A stretch of 64,000 nucleotides of DNA from Zootoca vivipara. Lineage: Eukaryota. Positions 63,650-64,000 of this stretch are shown here, piece after piece. The stretch's first letter is position 1, and every line of letters begins with the position of its first letter. The stretch lies in NCBI RefSeq assembly GCF_963506605.1, contig NC_083283.1:83328001-83392000 (forward strand). Reading direction: 5' to 3'. The translations under genes and the position numbers were made by a program. The notes under the pieces are model-generated. The model did no database searches, was not told where the DNA came from, and saw only the letters and a list, made by a program, of their open reading frames with translations.

Positions 63650-63830
63650 CACAACCCACCTCAACAGGGAATCAAGAACTACCTGGCAGGACTGCCCATG
63701 CCAACCGTAACAGAAGACGAACAAGAGTTCATTGGACAGTCCTATCAACCCAGTGGAAATAGAGATTGTCTTCAAAAACCAAAAAGTACATAAAGCCCCA
63801 GGCCCAGATGGTTTCACAACAGAATTCTAG
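63650..63830 (+). mobile_element. L1 ORF2 fragment
   Basis: Translates to the conserved KAPGPDGFTTEF motif from 63792, preceded by PINPVEIEIV. Confidence 0.75.
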
Positions 63831-63972
63831 AATTATGCTTCCAAAGAGAGGAGTTGGTTACTGACAGTCAAATTGCATCTCACCGATATTGTCATCATAG
63901 TCCTTAAAACACATGGAATTAGGAGCATTGCCTCATACACTTTAAGACTAACTATAGACTTCTGCTCTCAGT

Positions 63973-64000
63973 CAGGGCCGGCTCTAGGTAGAGTCCCGGT
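63973..64000. mobile_element. Terminus of another hAT MITE, cut by window edge
   Basis: CAGGGCCGGCTCTAG is the exact reverse complement of the right TIR of the 26770..26955 element. Confidence 0.65.

Overview
This is vertebrate genomic DNA from the variable region of a clustered protocadherin-gamma (Pcdhg) locus. Squamate-type SINEs suggest a lizard, possibly a lacertid. Eleven large variable first exons lie in tandem on the minus strand, numbered V1-V11 left to right; V1 is cut by the window edge. Each encodes a signal peptide, six cadherin repeats, a TM helix and a short cytoplasmic tail, and each complete exon ends at a phase-0 GT donor for splicing to constant exons outside the window (beyond position 1). 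Ten exons are gamma-B type (PPN[YF]E[ED]GTLPY[ST]YQLC) and one, V6, is gamma-A type ([11 protein letters not shown]). Ten exons have a 41-bp CSE/CTCF promoter element about 240-275 bp upstream; the V6 promoter falls at a 200-N gap. Spacers hold hAT MITEs with 8-bp TSDs, a solo LTR, SINEs, CR1/L1/L2 fragments and microsatellites. Points of interest: gamma-B subtypes alternate, indicating two-gene tandem duplication; homogenization is domain-restricted, with EC2/EC3 left variable and the 5' tract ending at the CSE; 7 of 10 CSEs have lost the core CpG; an Inr-like motif sits at fixed spacing from the CSE; and an invariant U1-complementary 11-mer (AAG|GCAAGTAC) lies in eight signal-peptide coding regions. 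The locus type itself is well known. All comparisons were made by eye.
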